Shown piece by piece: positions 14,429 to 28,590 of a stretch of 64,000 nt of DNA. The translations under genes were made by a program, and so were the position numbers. Every line of letters begins with the position of its first letter. The stretch's first letter is position 1. Source of the stretch: Eledone cirrhosa. Taxonomy: Eukaryota. The DNA is taken from assembly GCA_964016885.1 (NCBI GenBank), contig OZ024742.1, forward strand, positions 110,360,001 through 110,424,000, read 5' to 3'. The notes under the pieces are model-generated. The model was given only the letters and a program-made list of their open reading frames with translations. It had not been told where the DNA came from and did no database searches.

Positions 14429-14749
14429 ACACGATACAAATTAATTACACAATAACTGACACAAATGACATAAACTGACATAACTCTATCAATTATGTTT
14501 GTAATTTCCTCAAAATTCAATCGAAACTTCGCCATTTAGCAGAATCAATAAAGGAAAAAATGTTGATGCAGAGATAGCATTTTTAAATTACTAAATAGAT
14601 ATTTACTAACAATATTTGGTTCTCAGATTTTGTAAATTTCTCAATTTACAATAAATTATTATGTTATTATTATTTACTAGTATTGTTATTATTCCCAGAA
14701 AGTATATAATGTATAATGGGTGAGCAGAGGGTTTCCAACCATGTGTGTG

Positions 14750-15910
14750 TGGGTAACCTTAAATATTTTCAAATTTTATGTATTGTTTTACACTTATTTC
14801 TCGCTTTATCTTATTTAATCTGTGCATTGTATAACGTCCTTGCCCTACCATCATTTCATATAACTTTGCCCTGTCCCATATGAACTGTAACCCTATGTAT
14901 ATTACGCTTATGTTATATATCCAAGCCTTTATGACTAATAAAGATAACCATTCAGCTTTTCGATTAATGGAATTCCCGAGCCGTTCCATTAACGTTTAAA
15001 TGGATGAGTAATTTAGAGGCACAAATACACTTAACTGTATTGAATCAGCATGACACGAAATCTGACAAAACCGGACTGTTGAATCACAATTAGGTTTAAT
15101 CCTATGGGATTCCACATAGTGAACTGTCTGTCCTTTACCTATAATCGAGTCGGGTGAAACTAAAGTGATCTTTGAGGTATCTCCAAGGCCAATGGTTTGA
15201 AGTTGATTGACAAAGTGCTTCTGCTGTGGCAGCAAAACGTTAGGTAACTTTTCCCGTTGATGGATATTGTAGGTTGTTGCAATATTTGAAATCTTGCTTA
15301 GAAGAAGAGTTAACAGTTGTGCCCACGGGGCGGTATTGGAATGTCTCTTTCTAGAATACACCATTCGATACTGGGTATGTTGTGCTTTTGGTCACGAAGC
15401 CTCAATAAGAAACAGGACTGTGTGGTGGAGTTCTCCCTGTTTATACACCTAAATAAGTGTACGTGCTGTATAAATCTATCTTTGAACTCATAGATGTTAG
15501 GTCTCTATAGTTCCTCTGGAAACTTTCTAGTAGTGTGACTGCAGCATTAGAGAAGCAGGATCGACTTATAGAACAAATCTCAGGGTTTCGGCAATTGCAG
15601 GTTGGTTTATCTGTTGGATATCACAACAAGGCACTCGCAGAATGCGACTAGTATGGGTATATAATTCTACACGTTTATGCAGAATAAGACATAGCCAAAA
15701 CAAACACTATCTTCCAGCATCAGACCAGCCAAATAAAAACTATGTATTAGTGGAATGACCTGACATCATCATTCAGATAGACATCATCTTCACAAGAACA
15801 TCTAGAAGGAATACTGTTTATGACGTCAGGATGATATCAAATGGTGTCCGTGACACTGACCACTGACCAGTCGTGATTTATTCAGCTGCGGAGAAAACCA
15901 TACCGCAAAG
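14750..15910. mobile_element. Highly decayed RTE-like fragments (probable RT on minus, APE on plus)
   Basis: Plus strand 15750-15870 reads like W..PD...QIDII...VYDVR...DTDH; the minus part has IGKG in an RT-like context. Confidence 0.45.
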
Positions 15911-16260
15911 ACAGAAGGCAACGCTGGTTTAATAGAATCAATAAAATCCCAAATAAATAAAAAGAAAAGACAACTTCATAGCTGTCAATACTGAACATAA
16001 AAATGGTGGCTTGTGCTAGAGCAGAATATAGTAACAACTATTTCCATTATGTCATAACTTCGATTAAATACTGACATATTTGAGAATCTGGTCAAAAGAT
16101 AAATGGCCCTATTGGTTGTCAAAAAACAATAGATTTTAGAAGGGAGTCAAATGTCAAGCCTAAACACATTTCTGAAAAGAAAGAAGGAACGAAGACGCAT
16201 ATTCGTTTACTCCTTACAACAATCATCATCACATTCGGCTGTCATTGGTTCATAAATCAA

Positions 16261-16315
<55 letters not shown>

Positions 16316-16825
16316 CACACATATACTGTATATATATGCACTCGCGTGAGTAAAAACCACCTTTATGGAAATGAGAATATAGTTGTTTCTTTGTATGTAT
16401 GTATATATATGTATGTATGTATGCATGTGTGTGTGTATGTTATGTACGTATGTATGTAAATACATACATATGTATATATAAATGAAAACATACATATACT
16501 CATAAATACTCACACACACGTATCAGCACTAATACATACAGATACGTATATATATATATATATATATATTCATGCATATATGTATGTGTGTCCAGAAATG
16601 TGTATGGTTTATTTATTAATATATGCGCACCACTCGCCTTTATGTAAATCTGTATGTAAGCATGTATAAACATGTGTAATAATCTCCAACTTTCCCTTCC
16701 CTCTTCATTTCTATGCGTGAAGATATGACAGAAAAATAAGCGTGACGTGGAACAAGCGGGTAAAGCAATATATATATATATATATATACCAAACATATGG
16801 TGAGAGGAGGGGCTGTGTGGTTACT

Positions 16826-17693
16826 GATAACGGGTGTTAGAAGGTAAGGAGACACAAACAAGAGGTGGACAGTCTCCCTTCGTCAGCAGTTAACTACGGG
16901 TCACGGATGTTTCGGCGCATTATTAACTATACATCTATCCGTAGCGCGCTCATAGCCTTTTATCTATCAAAAGGCCACGAGGGAGAGAAAGAAAAGAAGA
17001 GAGAAGAAAAAAAAAGGAAAAAAACGCTAGGTTCTTTTCCTTTTTTTCCTCCCCCCCCCCCTTTTTCTTTTTTTCTTCTTTTCTTTCTCTCCCTCATGGC
17101 CTTTTGATAGATAAAAGGCTATGGGCGCGCTACGGATAGATGTATAGTTAATAATGCGCCGAAACATCCGTGACCTGTAGTTAACTGCTGACGAAGGGAG
17201 ACTGTCCACCTCTTGTTTGTGTCTCCTTACCTTCTAACACCCGTTATAATGCGCCGAACCATCCGTGACCCGTAGTTAACTACTGACGAAGGGAGACTGT
17301 CCACCTCTTGTTTGTGTCTCCTTACCTTCTAACACCCGTTATAATGCGCCGAAACATCCGTGACCCGTAGTTAACTGCTGACGAAGGGAGACTGTCCACC
17401 TCTTGTTTGTGTCTCCTTACCTTCTAACACCCGTTATAATGCGCCGAAATATCCGTGACCCGTAGTTAACTGCTGACGAAGGGAGACTGTCCACCTCTTG
17501 TTTGTGTCTCCTTACCTTCTAACACCCGTTATAATGCGCCGAAACATCCGTGACCCGTAGTTAACTGCTGTCGAAGGGAGACTGTCCACCTCTTGTTTGT
17601 GTCTCCTTACCTTCTAACACCCGTTATAATGCGCCAAAACATCCGTGACCCGTAGTTAACTACTGACGAAGGGAGACTGTCCACCTCTTGTTT
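16826..17693. repeat. Inverted repeat followed by a 95-bp minisatellite (~5.7 copies)
   Basis: Units start at 17151, 17246, 17341, 17436, 17531 and 17626; 16826-17020 is the reverse complement of ~17060-17245. Confidence 0.95.
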
Positions 17694-17709
17694 ATATATA
17701 TATATATGA

Positions 17710-18903
17710 GAATAGAAGCAGTAAAATCCGTTAGACCATTACTCACGAGAGTACTCGATACTTGTAGTTGAAACGGCAGGAGGTCCCTAAATTTTCATTA
17801 TATATTTCTATCATCCACCCTCGTCGCTCCTTTATTACCTTCTTTAAACCAATCTACTTTCACCCCTACCTCAATTTCATATCCTAGCACCCCACCCACA
17901 TCTAGCACTCCATCTCTACTCCCAATTCTGCCGCCTCCGTCGACTGTGCAGCTGAGCCATGTTTTTGAGGCCCAAGCCCACTAGACTCCATCCGACCGCT
18001 GTACATAACTCCACCTCCCAGTCATTCCACCACCATCTCCCCCTCCCCTCACACACTGCCTGCACTTCACACCTTCATTTCTCTATTCCATTTTAACCAG
18101 CACCACCGGCGTCAACCCCCCCCCTCCCGCACGGCATTGTCTCGTTCACACTGACTTCTTCCTTCCACCTCTGTCCCCTACACTTTTCTGACCATTGAAT
18201 ATAACACCCCCAATCTCTCGCTCTTCCTTAGAACACTGCCACCACCCACATCACACACACACACGCACACACACCCACACGTGCACCCCCACACCCACCC
18301 ATCCACACACCCCCACACACACTCCCTTTAACTACCCACAATTCCTTTCTCACTACAGTCTCGCCTTCCTACACCGATACACCTATCCCATTTAAATCGT
18401 TTTTCGTGACTTTCGGACTCCTGGATTTTACTCACCTCGGAGTATACGCACATGCACACTCGCAAACAACAACCATACATCACTGCCAAACACACATACT
18501 AGCATACACACGTTCACATATATGTATGAACACACATCTCCACCAGCACAGCACTTAACACACACACACAAACGCACCGTAATGTGCACTCCACCTACAC
18601 ACAAACACCCACCACACATCGGCTCCTCCCCACCAAGAGCCCGCACCCCTCTCTCTCCTTATTATTCTTATTTTTTATTTTTTATTTTTGTAACTTCTTC
18701 CTAACGTTATTTTAACTACTTTATTTAATTTTATTTTTTGCATTTTTCATTCTTTAACGTTATTTTCTTTGCTATTTTCCTTTTGTGTTATTCCTGGTGA
18801 AGGACAAATGCCCCATACGTTGATTATGTAACTCTTTCTCCAAGCGTGAAACTAATATACTTTATGTTATTGAATCCTCTTGTTCGTTCGTGTTTCCTTG
18901 ACT
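17710..18903 (+). mobile_element. Decayed PLE-like 3' UTR with eroded HHR
   Basis: C/A-rich body between (TA)n tracts; CTGGTGA AGGAC-aaat-GCCC CATA CGTT at ~18794-18821 resembles the motif at 44708. Confidence 0.4.
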
Positions 18904-18950
<47 letters not shown>

Positions 18951-18978
18951 TTATATATATCATTATATATATATATCA

Positions 18979-19072
18979 TTAACTTTGCCTTTCATCCTTA
19001 CGGGGTCGATAAAATAAAGTACCAGTAATGCACTGGGTAATTGCTGGCCTTGTGCCTAACGTAGAAACAATT
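18979..19072 (+). mobile_element. SINE 3' half
   Basis: AACTTTGCCTTTCATCCTTACGGGGTCGATAAAATAAAGTACCAG, shared with 24200 and 57220. Confidence 0.8.
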
Positions 19073-21969
19073 ATATATATATCATTATATATACATATAT
19101 GTTGATATAAATGCATATACATATATACACATATATACACATGTATATGTACATATATATAACAGATAAATAGATAGAAAAGTGTTACGTGGAAGAAGAC
19201 AAACAACGCCATACATGCATACATACATACATATATATATATTTATATGTATATATATATATAGAGAGAGAGAGAGAAAGAGAGAGGGGAGAGAAAGAGA
19301 GAGGGGAGAGAAAGAGAGAGGGGAGAGGGAGGGGAAAGCGTGATGAGAGATCAACAAAAAGATTATTAAACCAAACGAAGCCAAGTCAAGCTAAAGTTTG
19401 GTCAGTGTAATTGTTTTTTCAGTTTCTCACTCACATACATATAGAATGCTTTAGTCAGCTGTTGTTGATGTAGAACCGGAGGTGGAGAGGTGATCTTTGG
19501 AAAATAAGGGTTTAAATATTTCAGTGTGTGTAGTATCATTGTAAATATTTAATATTCATTTCATTCGATAATAGAATGATTTCCACAAACCCCTTCCAAA
19601 ATGAGAAGAAAGAAAGAAAAAAATTTACATATTAAATTAAACAATGGTTCTTCATGATATTTTTGGTGAACGCCGTTTATTGATTGTTTTGGCAAGATGA
19701 TATCATTTGGCATCCTTGCTTCAAGAATATTTACTCGCTATAATTGGTTGCCTCAATGTCTATCTTGTCCATTACTTCCAGTTAGTCTTATCTTGTCCAA
19801 TTATATCCATTTGGTGAAAATGAAGAAGTTTCGTTTGTGTATACTTTGCTTTTTGTTCGCCTCCTCGTTCCATTGCTTATTCTCCGTCTGTTCCATTCTT
19901 CAGTTTTTTTCATTTACTCGGGTCCACGAATGGGATGAATCTCTCGGCCTGGTTTCTCAATCCTATAGAATTAGCAGCAACGAAATCAGGGACTTTATTT
20001 TCTCTATAAATCTGCCCAAACGAGCAGTTACATATTCATATATAATCAAACCCTATCGTTAGATTAAAGCAATTAGGGTTACTAGGCTATAGAACTTTTG
20101 ACGAATCCAGCACCTGATCACAAGGAACTTAATAAAAATGAAATGTTCATGAATATACTTTATAGCAATTATAATATTTTGACGAAAATGTGCTTTATGA
20201 ATATATTTTAATTTATATTCTAAAAGGGACCGGGCCTTCTTGACTAAGAATGCCTGGTCTGCATCACTCATAGCCTAAATGTCAAACTGGTACACCCCAG
20301 TGTCTTTATAACGAACAAGTATATATTGGGCTTTATTTTAATTCAAGATACATTGTCAGGAAAAAAAGCAATCGTTAAGGCATAATCCTATGAAAGTGGG
20401 CTTTTCTGTAGAGCTGATGTGGTACATTACTTAAACACCAATAACATCATACATAAGATTATATATTAAAATATGAAAAAATACTAACTCCAACATAGGA
20501 TTTCATACCTCGGAGTGCGATAAAACGCGAATTAATACATGCATTTTATGCTTATATTGCACCCCGTTGGCCTTTATTTTATTTTATTTATTTTATTTTA
20601 TTAGTTTATTTTTTTAAAATTTGAATTCATTTGTTTTATATTCACTTATCTTTGTCTATCCTTTTTGTCCGTAAGAAGTACTAGATACCTCCCCTAGTCT
20701 GCCATGATTTACTAGCTCTATACAGATGTTTAAATTGATAAATAAAATACATACATACTCGAACCTGAACTTTTATGCTTGCCGGACTACATGGTAACAC
20801 TACATTAAAGTGCCTGTCACATGATCTTTGGCACTGGATTCGAAAATGGAGACCAATATAACATCAACCGAGTCTTGCTATACCTCCTCCTTCTCCTAAT
20901 AACTGTGTGTAAACATTTTCCCATTTTATCACCTCCATACTTGAGAATCTCAGAATTAATATCTTCATTTCATCAATAATTTGGTAACTTTCCATTGATT
21001 CAATATTATTCATGTTGACATTAGAGGGCTTGTTAATGAGCTCAGAGAAGTGCTCTACTCAACGATTCTGAATGGAAACAATATGTCAAACAATATGCAG
21101 TTCTTACAGGTGTTATTGGATAGGATTGTAGATCATACACTTCTTTAATGTACGTGAAAAATGTCTTAGTATCCTAGCAATCTACTGTCACTTGTGCTTA
21201 TTTAGCTTTGTTCTGCCACTGCTGCTTAATATTTGTCAAATTATTTCCTCTCTTTGTTTTTAGAATTATGATTAATTGATTGAGAAAGAAGGTTTTTTAT
21301 GTAGACTTAAGTAAGTCAAATATTTCAGGGTTCTTATCTGTAACCCAGTCATTGGATCTCCTCTATTTCACACCAACTGTTACAGATACTAGCTGGCAGA
21401 TGTTTACCTTAAAATCTTCTCATAGATTGCTCGGATCAAGTGTGATATTATCTAATGCACACAAAAAAAAAAAAATCAAGAATCGCATAGAATGATTGGT
21501 AATTCACCATATTAAGTTTCTTTGGTACTAGAGTTTCCAGCCTTTGCTGTTATAGTTAGATTGAAAACTGGAACTTAGTTAATGAAATAACAGGACAGAA
21601 AACAGCCAAGGAGATAGGATCAAGGCCAAGAGCAAGGAAAACAGAATCAATTAATGGTATACCCACTTCAAAGAACTTTTTGAAATGAAAACCAAACGTA
21701 GAAGGAGATGAAGATATAGCACCAGTGCTGCAAGACAAGTGGATGTCGAATGTATCATTCACACTAGAAGAATATCAAGTAGTAAAAAAGGAAATAAAAT
21801 AAGGCAAGGCAAAGCATGTAGACCTGATGGTGTACCATCTTTTACATCACATTTTAAAACTAAAATATAATACCAATAAGATACCAATACCTAGTTCTTG
21901 GATGTATCCAAGTTGTTTTATATTTATTGTTTTCTGTCGAAAGAAAGTGTTAGTTATTACACGGTGATG

Positions 21970-22620
21970 TTCAGTACGAAACGTAAGGAGTGCAACACCA
22001 TTTCGGTTACATTTTCTTAAACCATGTTTACCTAAGGCAGGCCATGTTATAAAATCAGGTTCAACCCTCGAGTTGAAGTCACTAGCTTATCAGCAGCTGG
22101 CATATTTCTCACTATTTCTCCAAGTTCATTGTAGAATTTTTCAACAGATTCTTCTGTGTGTGACAATGTGTTAGCATAAATACCTATTATTGTAAGGTAT
22201 CTCTATTTTTACACATGCTGACGTCATGACATAATACGTTCTGAGGAATCACTGGGATCAAGATGAGATGAGGGAGTTTCTAATGGCCAATCCAACACTC
22301 TTTCTCCTTTGATCCTCTGCTACACTTTTCCAAAATCAAGTGAACCCAAATCCACGTTCATTGAACTGTCCATCTGAATGTTGTCGTGTTTCAGAGAAAA
22401 CTACAATATCTAATGAATATCTTTTCAACTCATGAGGGATTAATGCGGTTCATCTGAATGATCTTTGAATCGAATTTCAACAAGCAAGTTTCATAGAGTA
22501 TTTAACCTTCTTTTGTTGTTGACTGACCACAGTTGTAGGATAATGGCTAGACACAGCCAGCGGCGCACAGGGGCACCTGCCGAGCCAGACCTGTTTACAT
22601 GGAGTTCCCAATCCCTTATT
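21970..22620 (-). mobile_element. Decayed RTE (BovB-like) 5' part, APE domain
   Basis: Minus strand translates TALIPHELKRYSLDIVVFSETR...FWKS...VGLAIRN. Confidence 0.75.
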
Positions 22621-22911
22621 GCCATTTAATAATTTGTTTGAGACATTTCAAATGAGTTTAATGCGCATTTTAAGGTTACTGCCACACAGATGTTACATAT
22701 ATACAGTGCATACATATCTACAAACTATTTGATAGCATGAATTTCTCTGCTCTTTCAGAACTTTTGGTTTGCATCCTATAAAATGTCTCCAAATCACTCT
22801 CCATTTCAATCAAACTTTGAGGGGCTGCTATTTCAGTCACCGACAATGACAACCTGGCCATGTGACAGGTTGTACTAGGTTACATGCTACCCGTGGCGCT
22901 TGAGAGTGACA

Positions 22912-22979
<68 letters not shown>

Positions 22980-23259
22980 TTATATATAACTTTATCGTAT
23001 AATTCGACTACTTTGCGCATAAAAATATGTCTTAATTAACTACAAACATGAACTCTAATAATATACAAATTAGTACGCCCATTTCCGTACTCTTTGATAA
23101 GTGATAGATTTTATAAGCCCCCGGATTACATATTTTCTCTTCTTGTTGAAATGACATACATACCTTCTGATGAAAACCCAAATAGATTCGAACAGTGATT
23201 AAAGGCATTAAAATATATTTCAATTTACAGGTAAATACGCATATTTATATATATATATA

Positions 23260-23370
23260 TAGGAATGAGTAGGGGTCCTACTCGTTTCTATTACCCACTC
23301 TACTACCCTAAGTATTGAGTACTTTGGTGCGTTATGGTCCACCTGGTTCCTTACCACATTTCCTTCGTTA
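23260..23370 (+). mobile_element. Minimal family B 3'-end insertion
   Basis: Matches 1892-1990, preceded by a ~14-bp inverted copy; sits within (TA)n. Confidence 0.8.
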
Positions 23371-23876
23371 TATATATATATACTAAAACTGTGTAAATTA
23401 CATACACATTTACGCCGTCCCGTTTACATCTACACTCTTTATACACATAGGCATCTTTACCATATACTCTATATAAACCCGTAGAGTTAAATCATGTCGA
23501 AATTTACTATATGCTTTTCACATAATCTAACATATATCTACATCGGCATATACACTTCATTTCAATACTCATTTCCTAGTACAATCTTTAATCACCCAAT
23601 GTAGCCCCCCACTTATATTTATATATATACAATGATAAAAAAGGGAAGGCTAGATTTCCGAAATTCATTTTATGACGCAATTCACTGGAATACATGTACA
23701 GTGAATTACGTAATAAAGTTAATTATAGAAAAGTAGACTTCACATTTTTATCATTATTGTACGTATAGTCGGACATTACCTTCACATCGGAATTGGAAGG
23801 ATACTAAGACGTTGAATGCTTGATACTAATTTACTGATTGGAGAGTTGCAAACGCAGCCCCAGTTAATCAACATTT

Positions 23877-23994
<118 letters not shown>

Positions 23995-24107
23995 ACACAC
24001 ATATATAAATATATATATATCAACAATGGTTTACTTATAAAGCATTGTGAGAATTTGTAATGTGGAATGTGTGGCTCTCGAGGCAATCCAATGATACAAA
24101 TGATAAT

Positions 24108-24293
24108 AGTCGTGGCAGTATCGGTAGAGGGTTGGATACCATGCTTTGACGCATAGAGTTACGCCCCTTGCCATTCTGAGTTCAAATCGCGCCAAGGTTA
24201 ACTTTGCCTTTCATCCTTACGGGGTCGATAAAATAAAGTACCAGTAATGTACTGGGTAATTGCTAGCCTTGTGCCAAAAGTAGAAACAATTAT
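24108..24293 (+). mobile_element. tRNA-derived SINE
   Basis: A-box-like TGGCAGTATCGG, B-box-like GAGTTCAAATC, and the conserved central domain. Confidence 0.8.
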
Positions 24294-24662
24294 AAATATC
24301 AGTTAAGAAATTCCTGTAAACCAACCTTGCAGATAGAGAAAAAGTGGACAGATACCTACTAGGAATCGAAACTCGTGTATCTCCTGGCATGCCGAACGAG
24401 TGAGTTAACTATTATGCCTAAGATAGGCTAGCATTTCTGTGTATATTTTCTTGTGCTTGGGGACTTTACCTGATTTCCACCACTTCTATTTATAGAGATG
24501 GTCTATAATTGCTTTCGGCCATACGCGTTGACACACACACACACATGTATATATATACATACATATATACATGCACACACATGCATATATATATATAAAT
24601 ACACACACACACGTATATATATAAACATGCACATTCATACACCACATGCATATATATGTATG

Positions 24663-24775
<113 letters not shown>

Positions 24776-24777
24776 AT

Positions 24778-25042
24778 CTAAGGCGGGTAAAATTCCTGAG
24801 ATCCATGGACGAGTTCTCTCCAGCGGTCTCTGTCCCTCATTATCGCTGCCATATCCTGCATCTCCAACAGACCAGTGTCTGTCCTTAGGGCATCAACATA
24901 TGTTAACCTTGCTCTTCCCCTTCTAGTGTGTCCATGTAGGGGCTCCCAAAGGAGCACTGAGTGCAATGTCAACTCTGGATGTCGGTGAGAATGTCCAGCC
25001 AACCTCAGTCTCCTCTGTGTCACTTTTGAGCTGACTTTTGGG
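24778..25042 (-). mobile_element. RTE-type LINE 3' end
   Basis: VTQRRLRLAGH...LLWEP...DRDRWR; same family as 38544-39490; (TA)n on both sides. Confidence 0.9.
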
Positions 25043-25238
25043 ATATATATATATATATATATGTAAAGTTATATTTAAAATTGTTGGGTTACAACTAGTA
25101 AATATTTATAACTGATATAGTAATATATAGTAATAATAATAAATTTGAAGACTAAAATCCAAAGAGGGCTCGATAAGGATAAATATATATCAATATATAA
25201 GAACCGTAGAGCAAATATTTATTAAAATAACAGATTAA

Positions 25239-25289
25239 AGTTTAAGCAAAGAATCGCTGCTTTCACCCTTAACGGGATCTTCTGAAACT
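25239..25289 (-). ncRNA. HHR-like motif, family C (best copy)
   Basis: AGTTT CAGAAGA T-CCC-gttaa-GGG-T GAAA GCA-gcgattctt-TGC TT AAACT; stem I extends through CAGATTGA/TTAATCTG. Confidence 0.7.
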
Positions 25290-26007
25290 AACAAAGTCAA
25301 TCTGTAAACGCTGAAGTGGATATTTAAAAAAACGTTGCAACCGGAGGAAGACAGGAAGACGATATTTTGGTTCGTGGAAACGTTCGCTGGCAAAGAACGG
25401 GAAAAAACGAATATAATACGTCATTAATAGGAGCGGTGTAAAACAATTACGCGCAAAGACAGAACACGCATACACACACACACACATATATATATGTGCG
25501 TGGTTTTGTATACCTATGGTAAGTGTTTTGCGTATGCTTGTGTATGTACGTATTTGTTTGCGTGTATGTATTCATTTATTTCTATTACTTCTGTATTGTA
25601 TTTTTTACTTTGTTCTTAACTCTGTAGCGGAGATTCATTCGGTCTCCTAGTTAGTATTTTAGTCTACGACTTCTGCTATACCATTTACGTGGTTTTGTCT
25701 TTGCGTGCTATTGTTCTCCACGCTCCACATATGACGTATTATCTTCGTTTTTTTCGTTCATTGCCAGAGAACGTCTCTATGAACCACCTAAGAGAACATT
25801 AGTCTACGACCTCTTTTATACCGAAAACGTGGTTCTGTCTTTGCGCGTAATTGTTTTACACCGCTCCTATTAATGACGTATCTTATTCGTTTTTTCCCGT
25901 TCTTTGCCAGCGAACGTTTCCACGAACCAAAATATCGTCTTCCTTTCTTCCTCCGGTTGCAACGTTTTTTGAAATATCCACTTCTGCGTTTACAGATTGA
26001 CTTTGTT

Positions 26008-26058
26008 AGTTTCAGAAGATCCCCTTAAGGGTGAAAGGAGCGATTCTTTGCTTAAACT
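26008..26058 (+). ncRNA. HHR-like motif, family C
   Basis: Same fold with one stem III mismatch. Confidence 0.6.
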
Positions 26059-26100
26059 TTAATCTGTTATTTTAATAAATATATATATATATATATATAT

Positions 26101-26297
26101 GAAAATGTATGACTCCGACGGCAGAGCTCAAGCCGTTTCGACGGCTATTTCTGGCTAGAGTGCAGAAAGAGCCGTCGAAACGGCTTGAGCTCTGCCGTCG
26201 GGGTCATACTTTTTCCTATTTCCCACTCTACTACCCTAAGTATTGAGTACTCTGGTGCGTTATGGTCCATCTGGTTCCTACCACAATTCCTTTGTTA
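26101..26297. mobile_element. Family B 3' end, short foldback
   Basis: 26101-26145 is inverted relative to 26170-26214; carries only the GAAA-stem III-GUC half of the HHR. Confidence 0.8.
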
Positions 26298-26310
26298 TAT
26301 ATATATATAT

Positions 26311-26897
26311 ACAATATATTGAAAAGGTAACACACCAGAGAGTGCGCCATCAATCAAACAGGGAAAAACCACCAGTGAATGGAATCTATAGCCCATGGAA
26401 GGCAGAGTAGACACACGATAATTAAAAGTATAAATTAAAGTGTAAATACATACCTCGATAACTATCTAACACACACGTACAAATCCAAAGAAATCTGTTT
26501 CTCTGAGTGGTTTGGGCTGTCCTTTCTAGCAGCTCGTCCCTCAGAAGCCACCGGTTACTGCTCAAGGCACGCCGTGACTTCTCTCTCCCACGTGTGGCTG
26601 GACGGTCGCTTTAGATTCTCTTAGAGTTGTCTGAAATGTATAGCCTTACACACGCTGATGAACCATGGGCTATTCATTTCTGTCAGCAACATATTGGCGA
26701 AACAGATCTCTTTGGATTTGTACGTGTCTATTATATAGTTATAGAGGTATGTATTTACACTTTAATTTATACTTTTAATTATCGTGTGTCTACTCTGCCT
26801 TCCATGGGCTATAGATTCCATACACTGGTGGTTTTTCCCTGTTTAATTGATGGCGCACTATCTCTCTCTCTATTGTGTTACCTTTTCAACATATTGT
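26311..26897. mobile_element. PLE-like foldback, family D
   Basis: 26311-26501 is the reverse complement of ~26699-26897. Confidence 0.75.
26650..26727 (+). ncRNA. Type I HHR, family D
   Basis: ACACG CTGATGA A-CCA...TGG-C GAAA CAGAT-ctctttgg-ATTTG TA CGTGT; GUA site. Confidence 0.75.
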
Positions 26898-26979
26898 ATT
26901 ATAAAGAGCTCGGGATTCCTTCTCCTTTGAGCACATTACTGACAGAGATTAGCGAGAGTCTATGGCTCCGTTAATTTAT

Positions 26980-27027
<48 letters not shown>

Positions 27028-27289
27028 GCATATGGCTGTATGCACGTTAACATGACTTTATGTACGTATGTAAAAAAAGAACACAGGAAGTTTTTATCAG
27101 CTAGAATCTACCTAGGAAGCTGATTAAATACGAGAAAAGTGAGAGCGAGATAGACAAAGAGACCAATATGATGAGGAAAATCATATGAGAAAAAGCATAT
27201 AACTAAAACAAACACCATCTGAAATGAGTGCATAGATTAAATCATCACTGATCATAATCAGCTGCACATGCGTGAACGAAAAAGTATAC

Positions 27290-28014
<725 letters not shown>

Positions 28015-28367
28015 AAAATAAATAATGATTAAAAAAACGACGAATACAAAATAAGACAGTACAAGTGTATCGTGATTATGAAACAATATAAAAATATAGG
28101 AAATCATGGAAACTTCAACAGCATGATCACGGGGCGTCTTTTTTGCAGCTATTGCATATTGTTTGCTGCTGATGTTGGTGTTGTTTCATTGTTTGTGTTT
28201 TTAGCAGCTGATACATTATATTGCTGTTAAAGTTTGTTCTCTTTCCGTAGCGTTTGCATAGATTGGTGATTAGCTAAGTAACTGGGAATAGTGTTGGTGG
28301 GGATGGCAGTTAAATATGCAAAAATGAACAAGATAAACCAAAAATGGAAGTTTGTATGTATGAATCC

Positions 28368-28437
<70 letters not shown>

Positions 28438-28590
28438 TTAAGTCGTTTGGAAGCCTCGACAATGCAAATGGGTAAATCTCCGGGTAACAAGGTCTGGTGG
28501 TGGAGAGAGAGATGTAAGTGGGTGTACGTTGAGATGCGTGGTGTGTATAAGATGTGTGAGATGTGTAGAATGAAGGGAAGAGTAAAAGGA

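Larger units (their letters stand above)
25128..26080. mobile_element. Family C repeat with inverted terminal copy
   Basis: ~25214-25465 is the reverse complement of ~25830-26080; internal partial duplication at ~25660 and ~25800. Confidence 0.8.

Noticed and set aside
17151-17693. CRISPR-like array
   Set aside because: The units are wholly repeated with no unique spacers, there are no cas genes, and the context is eukaryotic.
19690-20500. Possible decayed coding element on the minus strand
   Set aside because: Only vague resemblance to nuclease motifs; not supportable without a search.
24345-24430. Possible tRNA gene on the minus strand
   Set aside because: B-box-like GTTTCGATTCC is present but no clean cloverleaf; more likely a decayed SINE head.
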